A program made the translations under genes and the position numbers. From the NCBI GenBank assembly GCA_020184695.1, contig JAANOX010000237.1, positions 1 to 64,000 on the forward strand: 64,000 nucleotides of DNA. Reading direction: 5' to 3'. The notes beneath the pieces were generated by a model that saw nothing but the letters and a program-made list of their open reading frames with translations, did no database searches and was not told where the DNA came from. Below are positions 12,146-24,600 of this stretch, one piece after another. Origin of the DNA: Histomonas meleagridis 2922-C6/04-290x. Taxonomy: Eukaryota; Protista; Parabasalia. Within the stretch, counting starts at the first letter, position 1. Each line of letters begins with the position of its first letter.

Positions 12146-12807
12146 CAATGTTTGTATATAAATGTTACTTGAATTACTTTTTTTAGTTTCAAACTATATC
12201 AAAATCGCTAAAGAAATTTACACTTTGCTGCTCATGGATATCTTTTTCAGGATGACAAATTTTCTTCACTGTGCATATTTGCGAGTATCTCTAACATTTC
12301 TACTATTTTTCACAATAAGTTCGATAACTATGTCAATATGACCTGATTCCATGATGAAAGCATTGAAGGCGTATTGAATGATACGAATAAATTTCAGAAA
12401 ATATTATCATTCTTAATTGTATACAATGTATTATACTCCTTTTTGTTTAAGAAGTATTTTAATCATATATCAGCACATTTTAACCATTGAACGTTGCTAT
12501 CATTCATAATATAATTATACTGAAACTCCAAATAATTTAAATTAAATATCTACGCTCAAGTTACTAATGCTATATTGTTTGATTAATGAATCAATGATTT
12601 TAGAGTTATGGAGTGAAAATGACCGATGATGTTTTCTGATGAAAAAGGAGTTTTTATTCATTGAATTTTCCTCAAAAAACGTTTATTATGCAAAAAGTTT
12701 CGGTGAATTGAAAAAGTCGCATCGTTTCAGCTAGATGATAAAAAAGAAATTGATAACATAAACAGTTATTTAGATTCAACAATTCATATGATTTATTGGA
12801 AACAAAA

Positions 12808-13611
12808 TCAAAACCAATTAAAATCACCGCACAAATCTTCAATTGATGTTTGGGTGTTACTATATCCAATTCCTTCATCCCATTGAAGCTCATCAAAATA
12901 TGAGTTGGAAAGAGAACGTGATAATGGCTCTGGTGCAAGGTCAGTTGGTGAATCTGAAAATGATCCAAAGCTTTTAACTTGTGCTGACGAAAAACTATTA
13001 AACCATGGTTGCGCGGCAGGTCTGGGAGCGATTGGATTGAAGCACTGTGGTTGTTGGGGATTGAACTGCATTGCAGCCTCCATTTGTTGTGGGAGGTTTC
13101 TTCTTGAAAGCCAATTGAAACGATTTTTAACTGAAGTAGGTGAACGACCTGGTAAAAATGATGCGATTCGAGTCCATGAATTTCCGTGGAGTTTATGAAT
13201 GTGGAGAAGAGTGGTATCTTCTTGAACAGTCCAATTATCTTTTGTAAGATTTGGATCAAGTTGAGCGGTCCATCTTTCTCTACACTGTTTAGGATTACGC
13301 CCTGGAACAAGCGTGGAAACAGCTGTCCAGTTTTTATTACCATGAATTTCAACACTTTTTCGAAGAAGATCATCTTCTTCAGGTGTCCATTTTGTTTTTT
13401 TGGATTGAATTTGGTGAACAACATGTCTGTGTGGTTCATTGTTTATTTGGGCTCCTGGTGATACTGCTGTTAAAGTTGGATAAGGTGGTGTTTGAACAGA
13501 TGGTGATGGTGGGTACTCTTGATCAGAAAAAAAATCATTACCGTTCCGGGGCTGACCAAAGTCAGGATTAAAATCAGTGCTATCATCATTAAGCCCAAGA
13601 AACATGGACAT
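12808..13611 (-). CDS. R2R3 Myb-domain transcription factor
   Basis: KWTPEEDDLL...NWTAVSTLVPGRNPKQCRERW and NWTVQEDTTLL..HKLHGNSWTRIASFLPGRSPTSVKNRF. Likely start ATG 13611 (MSMFLG); the ORF track start is non-ATG. Confidence 0.93.
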   Translation of the reverse strand: MSMFLGLNDDSTDFNPDFGQPRNGNDFFSDQEYPPSPSVQTPPYPTLTAVSPGAQINNEPHRHVVHQIQSKKTKWTPEEDDLLRKSVEIHGNKNWTAVSTLVPGRNPKQCRERWTAQLDPNLTKDNWTVQEDTTLLHIHKLHGNSWTRIASFLPGRSPTSVKNRFNWLSRRNLPQQMEAAMQFNPQQPQCFNPIAPRPAAQPWFNSFSSAQVKSFGSFSDSPTDLAPEPLSRSLSNSYFDELQWDEGIGYSNTQTSIEDLCGDFNWF

Positions 13612-14641
13612 ATTTGTTCCAAATATTGCGGTTAATACGGTTGTATTGATTTCCCAGATTTTCGCAAAGTGAATTTTCAGGGTGTACCACGCTTTTTTCA
13701 TTCAATTCAATAAAGAAGGAAATTCAACACCATAGCATTTTTATAATATAAAAGATAAAAATACTATTAAACAGAAAAAATACTTTCGAATGAGGAATTT
13801 TTATTTGTAATTTTCAAACAAATTTATTTTCATAAATTACCAATTTTTCCACATTTTACTCCACTATGAGAATGATATCTACTTAACTTTACGTGTTAAT
13901 AGATCTAGAGTATGAAAAATATTATAATGAAAAAATTCTCATTTCATAATCAAGTTTAAGCAAAATCAAAATGAATAGTTTACTTCCGAATATTCGATTT
14001 TTGAATTGTTAACAAGTTTTGTTCGAGTTATTTATGCGGTTTTTATCAAAAGTGGATTTTTTGAAACAAATAGGTTTTCTTGTAAAGTGATATTCAATGT
14101 AATAACCGCTATATCAAGCGGTTATGATTACATGACAAAAAAATTAAAATCAACCACCAAATTGATTGTAAGACATCAGAAGAAATATTTTTAAATTACA
14201 ACCAATCGTGATCCATATTTGCTTGTTTACTTTAAGTGTTTTCTATGCTCAAAACTATTTCTTGCTATCATCATTTTTCGAATTCTTAAGTGGAAATTGA
14301 TATATCATTTAAAACTCCATTGCATGTGTTTCCCTAATTCACAGTACAATTACTCAAGAAGTGCACTCTGATCTTATCCAAAATATTATTTCTTTTATTA
14401 AGGCAGAAGCGATACTTCACAAAGCTGTATTCAACACCGATGTTTACAATGAAGTTTGTTTCATTTGCTTGATCAAATTTAGCATTTCTTCCCAAAAACG
14501 CCCGAACAACTTTTCAAAGGTAATTCAACGTGATCGTTTTTGACGTTGTTATCAAAAACACTTTTTGAGAACCATTCAAAAACATATCACTTTTCATATG
14601 GTTATTTTGAATTCAATCAAACATTGTCAAATTTCAAAAAA

Positions 14642-15859
14642 ATGAACAAAGATTCCGATCGCCACGGACTCCATTGTCCATCCGAGATTGGACCATACAA
14701 AATACAGGGAACAATAGGCGAAGGATCTTTTTCGGTTGTAAAACTTTGTATCCATAAAGAAACACATCAATATTATGCTTGCAAAATTGTGCCAAAGAAA
14801 AGACTAACATCAGATCACTTAAAAGTTCGCTTTGAAATTGAAATTAGAATCAACCAACAATTGCATCATCCAGGTATCGTTCAAATGATTGATCTTAAAT
14901 GCGACGATGAAAATTATTATATTTTTATGGAATTTTGTCCAAACGGAGATCTTTTCCAGTACATTGTTGACCGTAAATATCTTAAAGAATCCGAAGCAAA
15001 GCCAATTTTCAGACAGATTCTCGAAGCATTACAATATATCCATTCGATTGGTGTATCTCATAGAGATCTCAAACCCGAAAACATTTTAATTGACCAGTTT
15101 GGTAAGATCAAAATCAGTGATTTTGGTTTATCGAGATTTGTTGATAGGAATAACTTGGTTGACACGCCATGCGGATCACCCTGTTACGCTTCTCCCGAAT
15201 GTGTTAGTGGAAAGTCATATAATGGTCTTACTACTGATGTATGGAGTTGCGGTGTAATTTTATTTGCAATGGTAACTGGCCAACTTCCATGGACAAAAAG
15301 AAACCAAGCGCAGCTCTTCCAGCAGATCAAGCGCGGCAGGTATATTATCCCATCAACTCTTAGTCCAGAATGTCAACATATGATAAGAAAACTAATGACA
15401 GTTAATCAAGACGAAAGATACACTGTTGAACAAGCCCTTGCAGATCCTTGGCTGAGTGGAGTCCCACGACAAATGAATCCTTCCGAGCAAAAAGGATATG
15501 TTTCCATGAGACAAATTGACAAGTATTTCTGCCGTGAGTCCAGTTACTTAGAATCCGAGATTGGGTTTAGTGCCGCTAGAGATGACTTTGGTTCGTCACC
15601 ATGCTTTGATTATAATAAAGTATTCCAAGAAATTACAGGGTCAAAGACCTCCAAGAGAAAGAAGAGGAGGCACCACCGAAGGAAGGAAGGCGAAGATGAT
15701 ATTTTGGATGGAACTGAACAAAAGCTTAAGAAGAAAAGCTCTAAGAGGAAAAGGACCCACGACAAACCGCGAAAACCGCTGCAAACCGCCATGAACCACA
15801 GAAAACTGCGATCGTTCAATGAAACAGAGTTCAACCCATATTTAAGATTTATGGCGTAA
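14642..15859 (+). CDS. CAMK-group (SNF1/AMPK-like) Ser/Thr kinase
   Basis: GEGSFSVVK, HRDLKPEN, DFG and TPCGSPCYASPE; basic NLS-like tail. First ATG is at 14642. Confidence 0.92.
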   Translation: MNKDSDRHGLHCPSEIGPYKIQGTIGEGSFSVVKLCIHKETHQYYACKIVPKKRLTSDHLKVRFEIEIRINQQLHHPGIVQMIDLKCDDENYYIFMEFCPNGDLFQYIVDRKYLKESEAKPIFRQILEALQYIHSIGVSHRDLKPENILIDQFGKIKISDFGLSRFVDRNNLVDTPCGSPCYASPECVSGKSYNGLTTDVWSCGVILFAMVTGQLPWTKRNQAQLFQQIKRGRYIIPSTLSPECQHMIRKLMTVNQDERYTVEQALADPWLSGVPRQMNPSEQKGYVSMRQIDKYFCRESSYLESEIGFSAARDDFGSSPCFDYNKVFQEITGSKTSKRKKRRHHRRKEGEDDILDGTEQKLKKKSSKRKRTHDKPRKPLQTAMNHRKLRSFNETEFNPYLRFMA

Positions 15860-16357
15860 CTTGTTTCAAAAATTATTTTATTACCATGATATCATGCTAT
15901 TGTTGGTAAAAAACAAATCCAAAAAAATTTTTTTAAGAAATTGATCTTGTAAATGAATTACACAAATTGATTATGGAACAAGAAAATTCTGCTGAAATGT
16001 CTTTTACAAACTCACACATTTAATAATGAAACAATTAATCACAATATGATTCTTTTTGATCGTTTTTTTCATTGAATATTCTTTTTCAGAATTTAATGTT
16101 AAATACATTTTAGATATTACCAAAAGATTAAGCTTATTTTATCAAAATTTATGAAGTAATTAACAATTTCATTTTTACATTCTTTGCCACATGCCATGAT
16201 ACAAATTTAAAAAAAACAATAATTTATAAAATGAAAATTTTTTTGCTACCAAAAATGCACGCACGAAAGTTTTTCGTTGAGCGTTCCCATTTGTGGCCTA
16301 TTCCGATTGAGAAGCGAAAACGGTTTAAATCAGTTTAAAAAACCGTTATCACAAATC

Positions 16358-17128
16358 ATGAAGAAGAATCAGCAAAATAATCTTATGTCATTCGAAGATA
16401 ATGGATTACATGTTGGAAAAATATCCATTGACACAACCCGTAGGCCAGAACAGTCAAATACATTAAGAAGGCCAGTAACTACTTCTAATAATGTTGGTGC
16501 AGGATGGGGTAATTCCACAGCAAAAAAACCAAAACTAAAGACATCATTTGAGTCTCTTGTAAATGACGAAAAAACTAAATCTACTACAAATGAACCTTCT
16601 GATGAACCAATGGATGAAGAACCAGAAGAATTCAATCATATGGATCAAGATAGATATAATGATAACTACCAACGAAGTTGGAGAGGAGGTGGATCAAACA
16701 GAAATAGAAATAGAGATTATTATGATGACGAAAATCCACCAACTAGACAAACATCTTTCCATGTAGGCTCCAAATTCGGTATGTCATCCAGCAGTTCTTT
16801 CAACAACGCTTACGACAGGCCACAATATTCTAGGAAGCAAGATAGGAGAGATTTCTATGATGACGATCACCACGTCTCCAGAAGTAATAGCCAGAAATAT
16901 GATTACAATGAGCCTCAAAAGAAATTAGTAATCGGTGGTCGTCAGCAACAGGTTATGCCACAAGAAAACACATCATCAAATATGTCATTTCGAAATTCAC
17001 AACGGAGAAACATTTCTCAATCGCATTCATTCGATCTTGGTTATAGAAAAGCACCGGCTCTTCCGAACCAAGCGCCTTCGCCAGTTGAAACTGATTGGAT
17101 CCCGGATAACTCCAGTCAGAAGAAATGA
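16358..17128 (+). CDS. Hypothetical low-complexity N/S/R/D-rich protein
   Basis: Open frame from ATG 16358; no recognisable domain. Confidence 0.6.
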   Translation: MKKNQQNNLMSFEDNGLHVGKISIDTTRRPEQSNTLRRPVTTSNNVGAGWGNSTAKKPKLKTSFESLVNDEKTKSTTNEPSDEPMDEEPEEFNHMDQDRYNDNYQRSWRGGGSNRNRNRDYYDDENPPTRQTSFHVGSKFGMSSSSSFNNAYDRPQYSRKQDRRDFYDDDHHVSRSNSQKYDYNEPQKKLVIGGRQQQVMPQENTSSNMSFRNSQRRNISQSHSFDLGYRKAPALPNQAPSPVETDWIPDNSSQKK

Positions 17129-17451
17129 AATAAATTTTTTTGTTGCTGTCTGGTAAACAAAAATAACCTTCTAAAATAATCAATAACTTTAATCTTTTTC
17201 ATCAAATTCGATCCACCAAAACTGTCTTCTGCTTTGATTAACTTTTTATAAAAATTCAGCTGTATTTGACCGGTTTGGTCTCTCGTCATTTTTCTTTCCA
17301 ACTAAAAATGAAAAATGAGTTTTTTTTGATGATGACATGTGATATGAAATTCGAAATCGAATTTCATTTCAAAATCTTTGATAAAATTAATGAATAAATG
17401 CAAATAATTTCTAAAAATACTTTCCTTTTCTATATTTTAAAGGTCATTTAT

Positions 17452-18192
17452 TTAGAGAATCATATCAATCAAAGATTCATCAATATTAACCACATCACCA
17501 GTGTTTGTAGATGTGTCTTCAATCTTAAAAATACGTGTTAAATTAGCAATTTCAAGAGCAGTTGTGTCCCAACCGCAAAATAGAGTCCAATCATTTGCAC
17601 ATATACCAGCTCCAAGAAGTTGTTGGCCTCTATTAACTGTAGCAGCAGTGAGTTCTACTTGTAATTGACCCGCAAGTTCTTCAAGTTGTTCAACAGTGAC
17701 CTTTGAGCAAACAACACCTCCACGATTTGTGAAAACTGAGTATGTACCAACAAGTTTTTCATCTGCAATGATACCAGGGAAAGCATCTACACCAAGAACA
17801 TCACCAATGATTTCAACTGTTTGGGAATCAAGTTCAGGATGATATAAAGCATTGTGATCATTACATGAAATTACATTACCAAGTGCTGAGAGACGCTCAT
17901 CTACACGTTGAACAACCACTCTGTCTGGAAGACAATCTCTTAATTGTTGAAGTTCTTGATCTGTGGTAATTGAAGGAACCAAAAGACCTTTATCATTGCC
18001 AACACATAGTCTTCCAAGAATTGCTGTTCCTGCGATCGAAGCATGGAAAACGGGGATATGCTCAGCAAGTTTTTCTTCAAAAATGCTAAAAAAGTTTTCA
18101 GATGTGTTGAAGGGAAGAAGAGCATAGGCATTGGTGATTCGTGCATAAGCACCAATTTCTGGAGAGTTTTGGAACTTGCAGCGAGAGACCAT
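17452..18192 (-). CDS. EIF6: Translation initiation factor 6
   Basis: MVSRCKFQNSPEIGAY, GRLCVGNDKGLLVP, RVDERLSALGNVISCND and TVNRG...GAGICANDW. ATG at 18192. Confidence 0.97.
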   Translation of the reverse strand: MVSRCKFQNSPEIGAYARITNAYALLPFNTSENFFSIFEEKLAEHIPVFHASIAGTAILGRLCVGNDKGLLVPSITTDQELQQLRDCLPDRVVVQRVDERLSALGNVISCNDHNALYHPELDSQTVEIIGDVLGVDAFPGIIADEKLVGTYSVFTNRGGVVCSKVTVEQLEELAGQLQVELTAATVNRGQQLLGAGICANDWTLFCGWDTTALEIANLTRIFKIEDTSTNTGDVVNIDESLIDMIL

Positions 18193-18321
18193 AAAAGAGG
18201 TTTGGTCGACCTTTTCAATTAAAAACGCGGTTTTAAATCTCACTTTTTGATAGATTAAAACGGCCACATTATTTCAACAAGATTTTATAAAATTTTAATA
18301 GTTTTTATAATCCTTTGTGAG

Positions 18322-18888
18322 TTAGCAACAAACACTAGAGTCACTAGTTTGATTAGCTAATAGATTCTCATCTGTTGAAAATGGGGTAGATTCATTTGAA
18401 ACTAATGCCAATCTTTCAAATAATTCTCTTATGTTTTCACCCGTTTTCGCTGACGTTATAAAGAATTTAGCACCGTATTCTTTTGAAAAATCATATCCTT
18501 CAGATATTGAAACTTGTTCTTGAAGATCTTTTTTGTTTCCAACAATAAAGACTTCAGCCTCATCTGTATTGTTTTCTTTTGAAAACTCATACCAATAGGG
18601 GAGTTGTTCGAAAGATGATCTGACTGATACATCATATACAATAACGATAGCATTGGCTTTGTGGAAAAAGTTATTAATTACTGAACGATACCTTTCCGTT
18701 CCAGCAGTATCCCATAATTGAAGATGAACTGTTCCTTCTGGTGTTTTAACTTCTTTGGAAATGCAATTAACTACTACTGTTTCTTGTGTTTCTTTTGAAG
18801 GATCAAATTGGTCAGATGCAAATCTATTTATAATTGTTGTTTTTCCTACACTTTGTTCACCGCAAAAAGCAACACGAACTTTTCTCAT
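18322..18888 (-). CDS. Rab-family small GTPase
   Basis: GEQSVGKTT, LWDTAGTERY, GNKKD, TSAK and C-terminal CC prenylation site. Confidence 0.93.
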   Translation of the reverse strand: MRKVRVAFCGEQSVGKTTIINRFASDQFDPSKETQETVVVNCISKEVKTPEGTVHLQLWDTAGTERYRSVINNFFHKANAIVIVYDVSVRSSFEQLPYWYEFSKENNTDEAEVFIVGNKKDLQEQVSISEGYDFSKEYGAKFFITSAKTGENIRELFERLALVSNESTPFSTDENLLANQTSDSSVCC

Positions 18889-18990
18889 GCTTTAAAAATT
18901 TTTGCCAAAGTTCATAAAAACCGTCAAAAGTGGGCAAAAATTGTATTGGTAATTTTTGAATACTTTCCAAAAAGTGGCAAATAACTTGAA

Positions 18991-19806
18991 ATGAAAAAAA
19001 CTGCAAATCCAACAACAAAACTTCAAATTTTACGCTCAATATTATCGAGCCGAATGATGCAAATTACAAAAGCACGCACTTCAGCTCAAAACACAATCGC
19101 TCGCTATGTAAATGGAAAACGTTATGATGCTGCTTATCAATCTCTTCCTACTTTATGTTGTAGCTACGAAAATGAAAAAGCATATGGTTATCTAATCAGT
19201 TGTATTGATGCAATTAAACCAAATATAACTGAAATTTTATCATCGAAAAAAAAATGTCCGGAAGAATATGTTAAGTATATCGCTCCCATTTGTTATGCGA
19301 AAAGCGTTTTGTATATACCTGAACTTGATGATTTTGTTAAGCAGTGCATATCCAAAACATGGCCTAAAGAAGTTGAAGTTTTATCACACTCTAACACTAT
19401 ACCAAGCTTTCTTGTTCATCTTGTTGCACGTAATACACTTTCCCATGATGAGATACATGTTTTTGCACATCGATTTGAACAAGAATTAAAAATGAATTTT
19501 CAGTGGCTCTACGAAAAGTACCCTCTTTCTGAGTCATCCACGAATGAAATGAAGTCGGTTACAATACTTGGTAAAGTTGTATCTAACAAAATCAATACAG
19601 CCGCTCCATTACCTTCACAAATCACAGCTCCTCCAAAATCTACCCATAAGCCTTCAAGCCAAAGCGCCAAGGCAACAAAGAAAATGACTGAGTTACCTGA
19701 GCTACCAATGATAAACACAGATTCGTACTTAAGAATGATGGAGTTTGTCAAACAGAAAGTAAAGAACTGGGACACGTGGCAATTTGAAAAGCTAAATGTA
19801 AGCTAA
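18991..19806 (+). CDS. Hypothetical protein, possibly divergent IST1 (ESCRT-III regulator)
   Basis: Helical N-domain with IARYV..KRYDAA and PICYA..VL.IPEL, loosely matching IST1; Pro-rich linker; short C-terminal helix. Confidence 0.4.
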   Translation: MKKTANPTTKLQILRSILSSRMMQITKARTSAQNTIARYVNGKRYDAAYQSLPTLCCSYENEKAYGYLISCIDAIKPNITEILSSKKKCPEEYVKYIAPICYAKSVLYIPELDDFVKQCISKTWPKEVEVLSHSNTIPSFLVHLVARNTLSHDEIHVFAHRFEQELKMNFQWLYEKYPLSESSTNEMKSVTILGKVVSNKINTAAPLPSQITAPPKSTHKPSSQSAKATKKMTELPELPMINTDSYLRMMEFVKQKVKNWDTWQFEKLNVS

Positions 19807-20230
19807 CGGATGGATTTTGTGCGTATTAAATAAAAATTAGTTTGTAATTTTGTCACTTTGCTCTTTTGTAATTAATTAATTGAAATCATAAATGTGAATT
19901 TTAAATTTAAATGCTTTCTAATTAGTAAAAAAAAATATTTAATATAAATATTATATAATTTCAAAGTTTATATTTCTTTTAAATTAAACGTTATTTAAAT
20001 TTAAAAATCATCAAATTAAACATTATTTAATTCTGCAAATAGTCTAAAATATTTATCTGAAATTAAATATGATTAAGTTTCTTGTTAAGAACAAAAAGAA
20101 ATAATCAGAATAAAGCAAAAAATTCTTTGGTGTTAATTTTAATATTATTTAAAAATATTTTCTTATATAAAAAAGCATTTAATATTTAAATAATATTTAC
20201 TAACATAAAGACAAGAAAAACTAAAATTTC

Positions 20231-21433
20231 TTATTTCGGTTCTTCCAACTTCATTTCTTCCCACTTTATTCCATTTCTTTTATCCTCCACTTCATTCTCC
20301 ATCACAATCGCCACTGGCTGCAGCCACGCGATTTTTTCAGCCATGCAAATCACAGTCAAGCTCACGGCGTCCTGCACTATCTGCGACTGATAGAAGTCGA
20401 GAAATTTACAGTCGTCCAAACAACACACCAACAAAATCGTACACAATAAACAAAACATTATAGCAAAATATCTATGGAATTGTTTCAGCTCTTTCGCTTC
20501 TTCTTTTATGGTCTCGAGGTTTATTATCGAATGTTCTTGGAAGAAATAGTCGATAGCTTTGTTATATGATTGAATCGATTTCAAGAGTAAATAAATTCGC
20601 AAGGCAACAAAGATGGAAATGCATTCTATACGTAATGGCTCTGCTGTATTCTCTCGTAGCTCTAAAAATGAGGTCGGAATGGTCGCAATGATGCTGACGA
20701 TAATGTAACAAAATTTGTCATGGATATCTACTTCGGTGCGAATAAGACAGAGGCCATTACAGATCATTAGGATTATGGAAAAAAGTGAAATTCGTTGAGT
20801 GATTTGAAATATGATACGAAAATATTTAAGCTTGGTGGATGAGTCGGAGAGTGAAAAATGATAGAGCTCAAGAATGTGAAATAATGTATAGAGAATGGTG
20901 GAAAATAATGTGATGGTAAAATGTGAATGAAGATAATTCTTGACACGGAGATTTGAAACCCAATTAATAACCCAGATAATGGCTATGATGATAAGAATAA
21001 AGAGAAAAAGAGGCTTTAGAATTAACGTGGGATAAACATAAAAATCTAAAAACGTTTTTTGATTATGAAATGTTAATACTAAATCATATTTGGAATGCTT
21101 TTGATCACATGATGAAAGAAGAGGATAGAGTGTTGATCGCTTTGTTACATGACCTGAAAAGTAAATTGTGTTGTTTTTAATGTTTTGAATAGATGTGATC
21201 TCTGGTGCATCTTCGGGAATTAGGTTACATAAGCTTTTTGATTTCATGAGCTTTTGACATTCTGATTTTAAACATAAAGAGATAAAAAATTGGTCTCCGA
21301 ATATATTTGTTATATTGAATTCAAAGCTCCCGCCTGGTTCGAATCCAAAACGATCTAATATGATATTTTCGCTCCAGTTTCGTACTTTTCTCTTTACTAA
21401 TAACGATATAAATGCGAGTAGCAAATACATCAT
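20231..21433 (-). CDS. Seven-TM protein, GOST/LUSTR (GPR107/108)-like
   Basis: Signal peptide MMYLLLAFISLL; luminal ILDRFGFEPGGSFEFNI motif; about 7 hydrophobic segments. Confidence 0.6.
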   Translation of the reverse strand: MMYLLLAFISLLVKRKVRNWSENIILDRFGFEPGGSFEFNITNIFGDQFFISLCLKSECQKLMKSKSLCNLIPEDAPEITSIQNIKNNTIYFSGHVTKRSTLYPLLSSCDQKHSKYDLVLTFHNQKTFLDFYVYPTLILKPLFLFILIIIAIIWVINWVSNLRVKNYLHSHFTITLFSTILYTLFHILELYHFSLSDSSTKLKYFRIIFQITQRISLFSIILMICNGLCLIRTEVDIHDKFCYIIVSIIATIPTSFLELRENTAEPLRIECISIFVALRIYLLLKSIQSYNKAIDYFFQEHSIINLETIKEEAKELKQFHRYFAIMFCLLCTILLVCCLDDCKFLDFYQSQIVQDAVSLTVICMAEKIAWLQPVAIVMENEVEDKRNGIKWEEMKLEEPK

Positions 21434-21639
21434 TAAAATCTTATGACATTTCACATAGCATTTCAATACTTGATGACCGTTTGGTAAAGTCAAAAACCGT
21501 TAATCATGTTTTCCATTCAAAAAAACCTTAGGTTACGATATAATAGTATTCATTTAATTTTATATGATATAAAATGACATTACTGAAGCATAAACTAGCC
21601 AAAAAATTGAGACGGTCATTATAGTTGTTTTTCTTGAAG

Positions 21640-24600
21640 ATGCTTTTTAGTCAAACAAAAGAATGGGAAATCGCTAAACAATATTACCAAATTGTTTTTA
21701 ATCTCAATGAAGGTAATGTTCATCAATCAGTACTTTCTTTATTTAATAATTTTGATGATAATTTCTTATATTCTTTTAATCTGGTAATTAGTCAAATGAT
21801 ATATTTTTCATTTGTTATGAGAGCAAGTAACTCTGATGTGTACTTAATATTTATCAATGAAATTGAAACATTTGAAAAAAATAATAAAAGTAAATATCGA
21901 ATATACGATGTTTTAACAAATTTACTTCTCGATAAAGATTCCCAAGAATCGAACTATCTTCTCGAGTGTGTGAATGCACAAAATATAATTGATCCTAAAA
22001 CTCTTTATTTAAAAAATAATCAATATTTTATGCATTATATGCCAGAAAAAGATATAAATAATTACAATGAATCAATCCAAAATTATGAAGAACTATCAAA
22101 AAATGATTTTGAACTTCATAAGAAATTAATTAAAGAAGGAACAAATCCAAATGAAATTGCAAAGATAATTCGTAATGACGAAATAGAAGAACTTCAAGAA
22201 ATATCATCACAATCAAAATTTGATTTTAATCAAACAATTAAACCATCACTCTATGAAAGATGTTCATTTATTAATCAAGAAGAAGTTTCATTAATTGATT
22301 ATGCAGCATTTTTTGGATCAGTGAAATGTTTTAAATATTTACTTATGAATGGTTCTAAAATAGATAATACAGGTAACTATGCAGTTGCAGGTGGAAATGA
22401 AGAAATCATTCATTTATGTGAACAAAATCATTCAACATTTTTTGGTTCATATGAAACAGCAATTATGTTTCATCGAAATGATATTTTTAAATATCTTTAT
22501 GAAAATAAAATTGCTGAAATTAATGATTTAGAAAAATTAGGCACTGATTGCGTTTTTTATTATAATTATGATATTTTTATGTTTCTAGTAAAAGAAGGAA
22601 TGAAAATCAATGATTCGATAATTTATGAATCAGCAAGTTCTGGAAATATGTATCTTACTAAATCTTTTCTTCAAGAAAATAAAATTCCAAATAATATATT
22701 AATTTGTTCATCAAAATTAGGAAACATCGAACTTGTTAAATATGTTTTAAATTATGAAGGAATTGATATTAATGCTAAAGGAGTTTATTGGTATAATTTG
22801 ATATTAATTTTAATAATTTTATATTTTAAAATAGTATTTGATAACTATTTATTATATTTGAAACAGCATTAATGTGGGCATCTGTAAAAGGTTATACAGA
22901 AATAGTTAAATTACTTCTTGAAAAAGAAGGAATTGATATTAATGCTAAAGATATTTATATGTTTTATATAAAATTTATTATAATAATTTGATATTTCAAA
23001 ATAATATTTGGAAATTATTTAAAATATTTAATACAGCACTTATTTGTACATCTATAAAAAATAGAATAGAAATAGTTAAATTACTTCTTAAACAAAAAGG
23101 AATTGATATCAATGCTAAAGATATATATTTGTTTTATTTGAAATTTATTTTAATAATTTAATATTTCTAAAAAATTTTTGAAAACTATTAAAATTATTTG
23201 AGACAGCACTTATTAAAGCATCTGAAGATGGCCATACAGAAATAGTTAAATTACTTCTTGAACAAGAAGGAATTGATATTAATGCTAAAGATATTTATTC
23301 TTTTTATTTGAAATTTATTTTAATAATTTGATATTTCAAAATAATATTTGGAAATTATTTAAATTATTTAAAACAGCACTTATGATTGCATCTAGAAATG
23401 GTCATACAGAAATAGTTAAATTACTTCTTGAACAAGAAGGAATTGATATTAATGCTAAAAATAAAAATTATTTTAATAATTTAATATTTCTAAAAAATAT
23501 TTGAAAATTATTAAAATTATTTGAGACAGCACTTATGAAAGCATCTGATAATGGTCATACTGAAATAGTTAAATTACTTCTTGAACAAGAAGGAATTGAT
23601 ATTAATGCTATAGATAAAATTTATTTTAATAATTTTTTATTTCAAAATAATATTTGGAAATTATTTAGATTATTATATACAGCACTTATTGAAGCATCTG
23701 ATAATGGTCATACAGAAATAGTTAAATTACTTCTTGAACAAAAAGGAATTGATATTAATTATGGGGAATATACTGATTTATTTTTTTTGATGTTGATTCA
23801 AATGATTTAAAATTTCAATATAATATTAAATAATTGCTTAAATTATTTACTACACCACTTATTTATGCATCTTCAAAAGGTCATACAGAAATAGTTAAAA
23901 TGCTTATTAAATATGATGGAATTAATATTAATAAACCAAATATTTATTATCACAATAATATATTTTGTTCAATAGTTCCGAATTTCAAAATAATATTTGG
24001 AAATTGTCACGAATATTTCAAACACCACTTTTTTTTGCATCTGCAGATGGTCACATAGATATAGTTAAATTACTTCTTGAACAAGAAGGAATTGATATTA
24101 ATGTTAAAAATATTTATATATTTGGTTTTGGGTTATTTTTTATCGTTTGAAGTATGAAAATCATGTTTGGAAATTATTGAAATTATTTGAAACAGCATTT
24201 CTATATGCTGCTGAATGTGGTCGTACTGAGGTAGTTAAATTATTTATTGAACAAGAAGAAATTGATATTAATGCTGAAGATTTTTATTTGTTTTATTTAA
24301 AATTTATTTTAATAATTTTATATTATAAAATAATATTTGGAAATTATTCAAATTATTTAATACAGCTCTTATTAAAGCATCTTTAAATGGGCATACAGAA
24401 ACAATTAAATTACTTCTTGAACAAAAAGGAATTGATATTAATGCTAAAGATATTTATTTGTTTTATTTAAAATTTATTTTTATTATTTTCTATTTCAAAA
24501 TAATATTTGGAAATTATTTGGATTATTTTACACAGCACTTATTATGGCATCTTGGTTTGGTCATGCAGAAACAGTTAAATTACTTCTTGAACAAAAAGGA

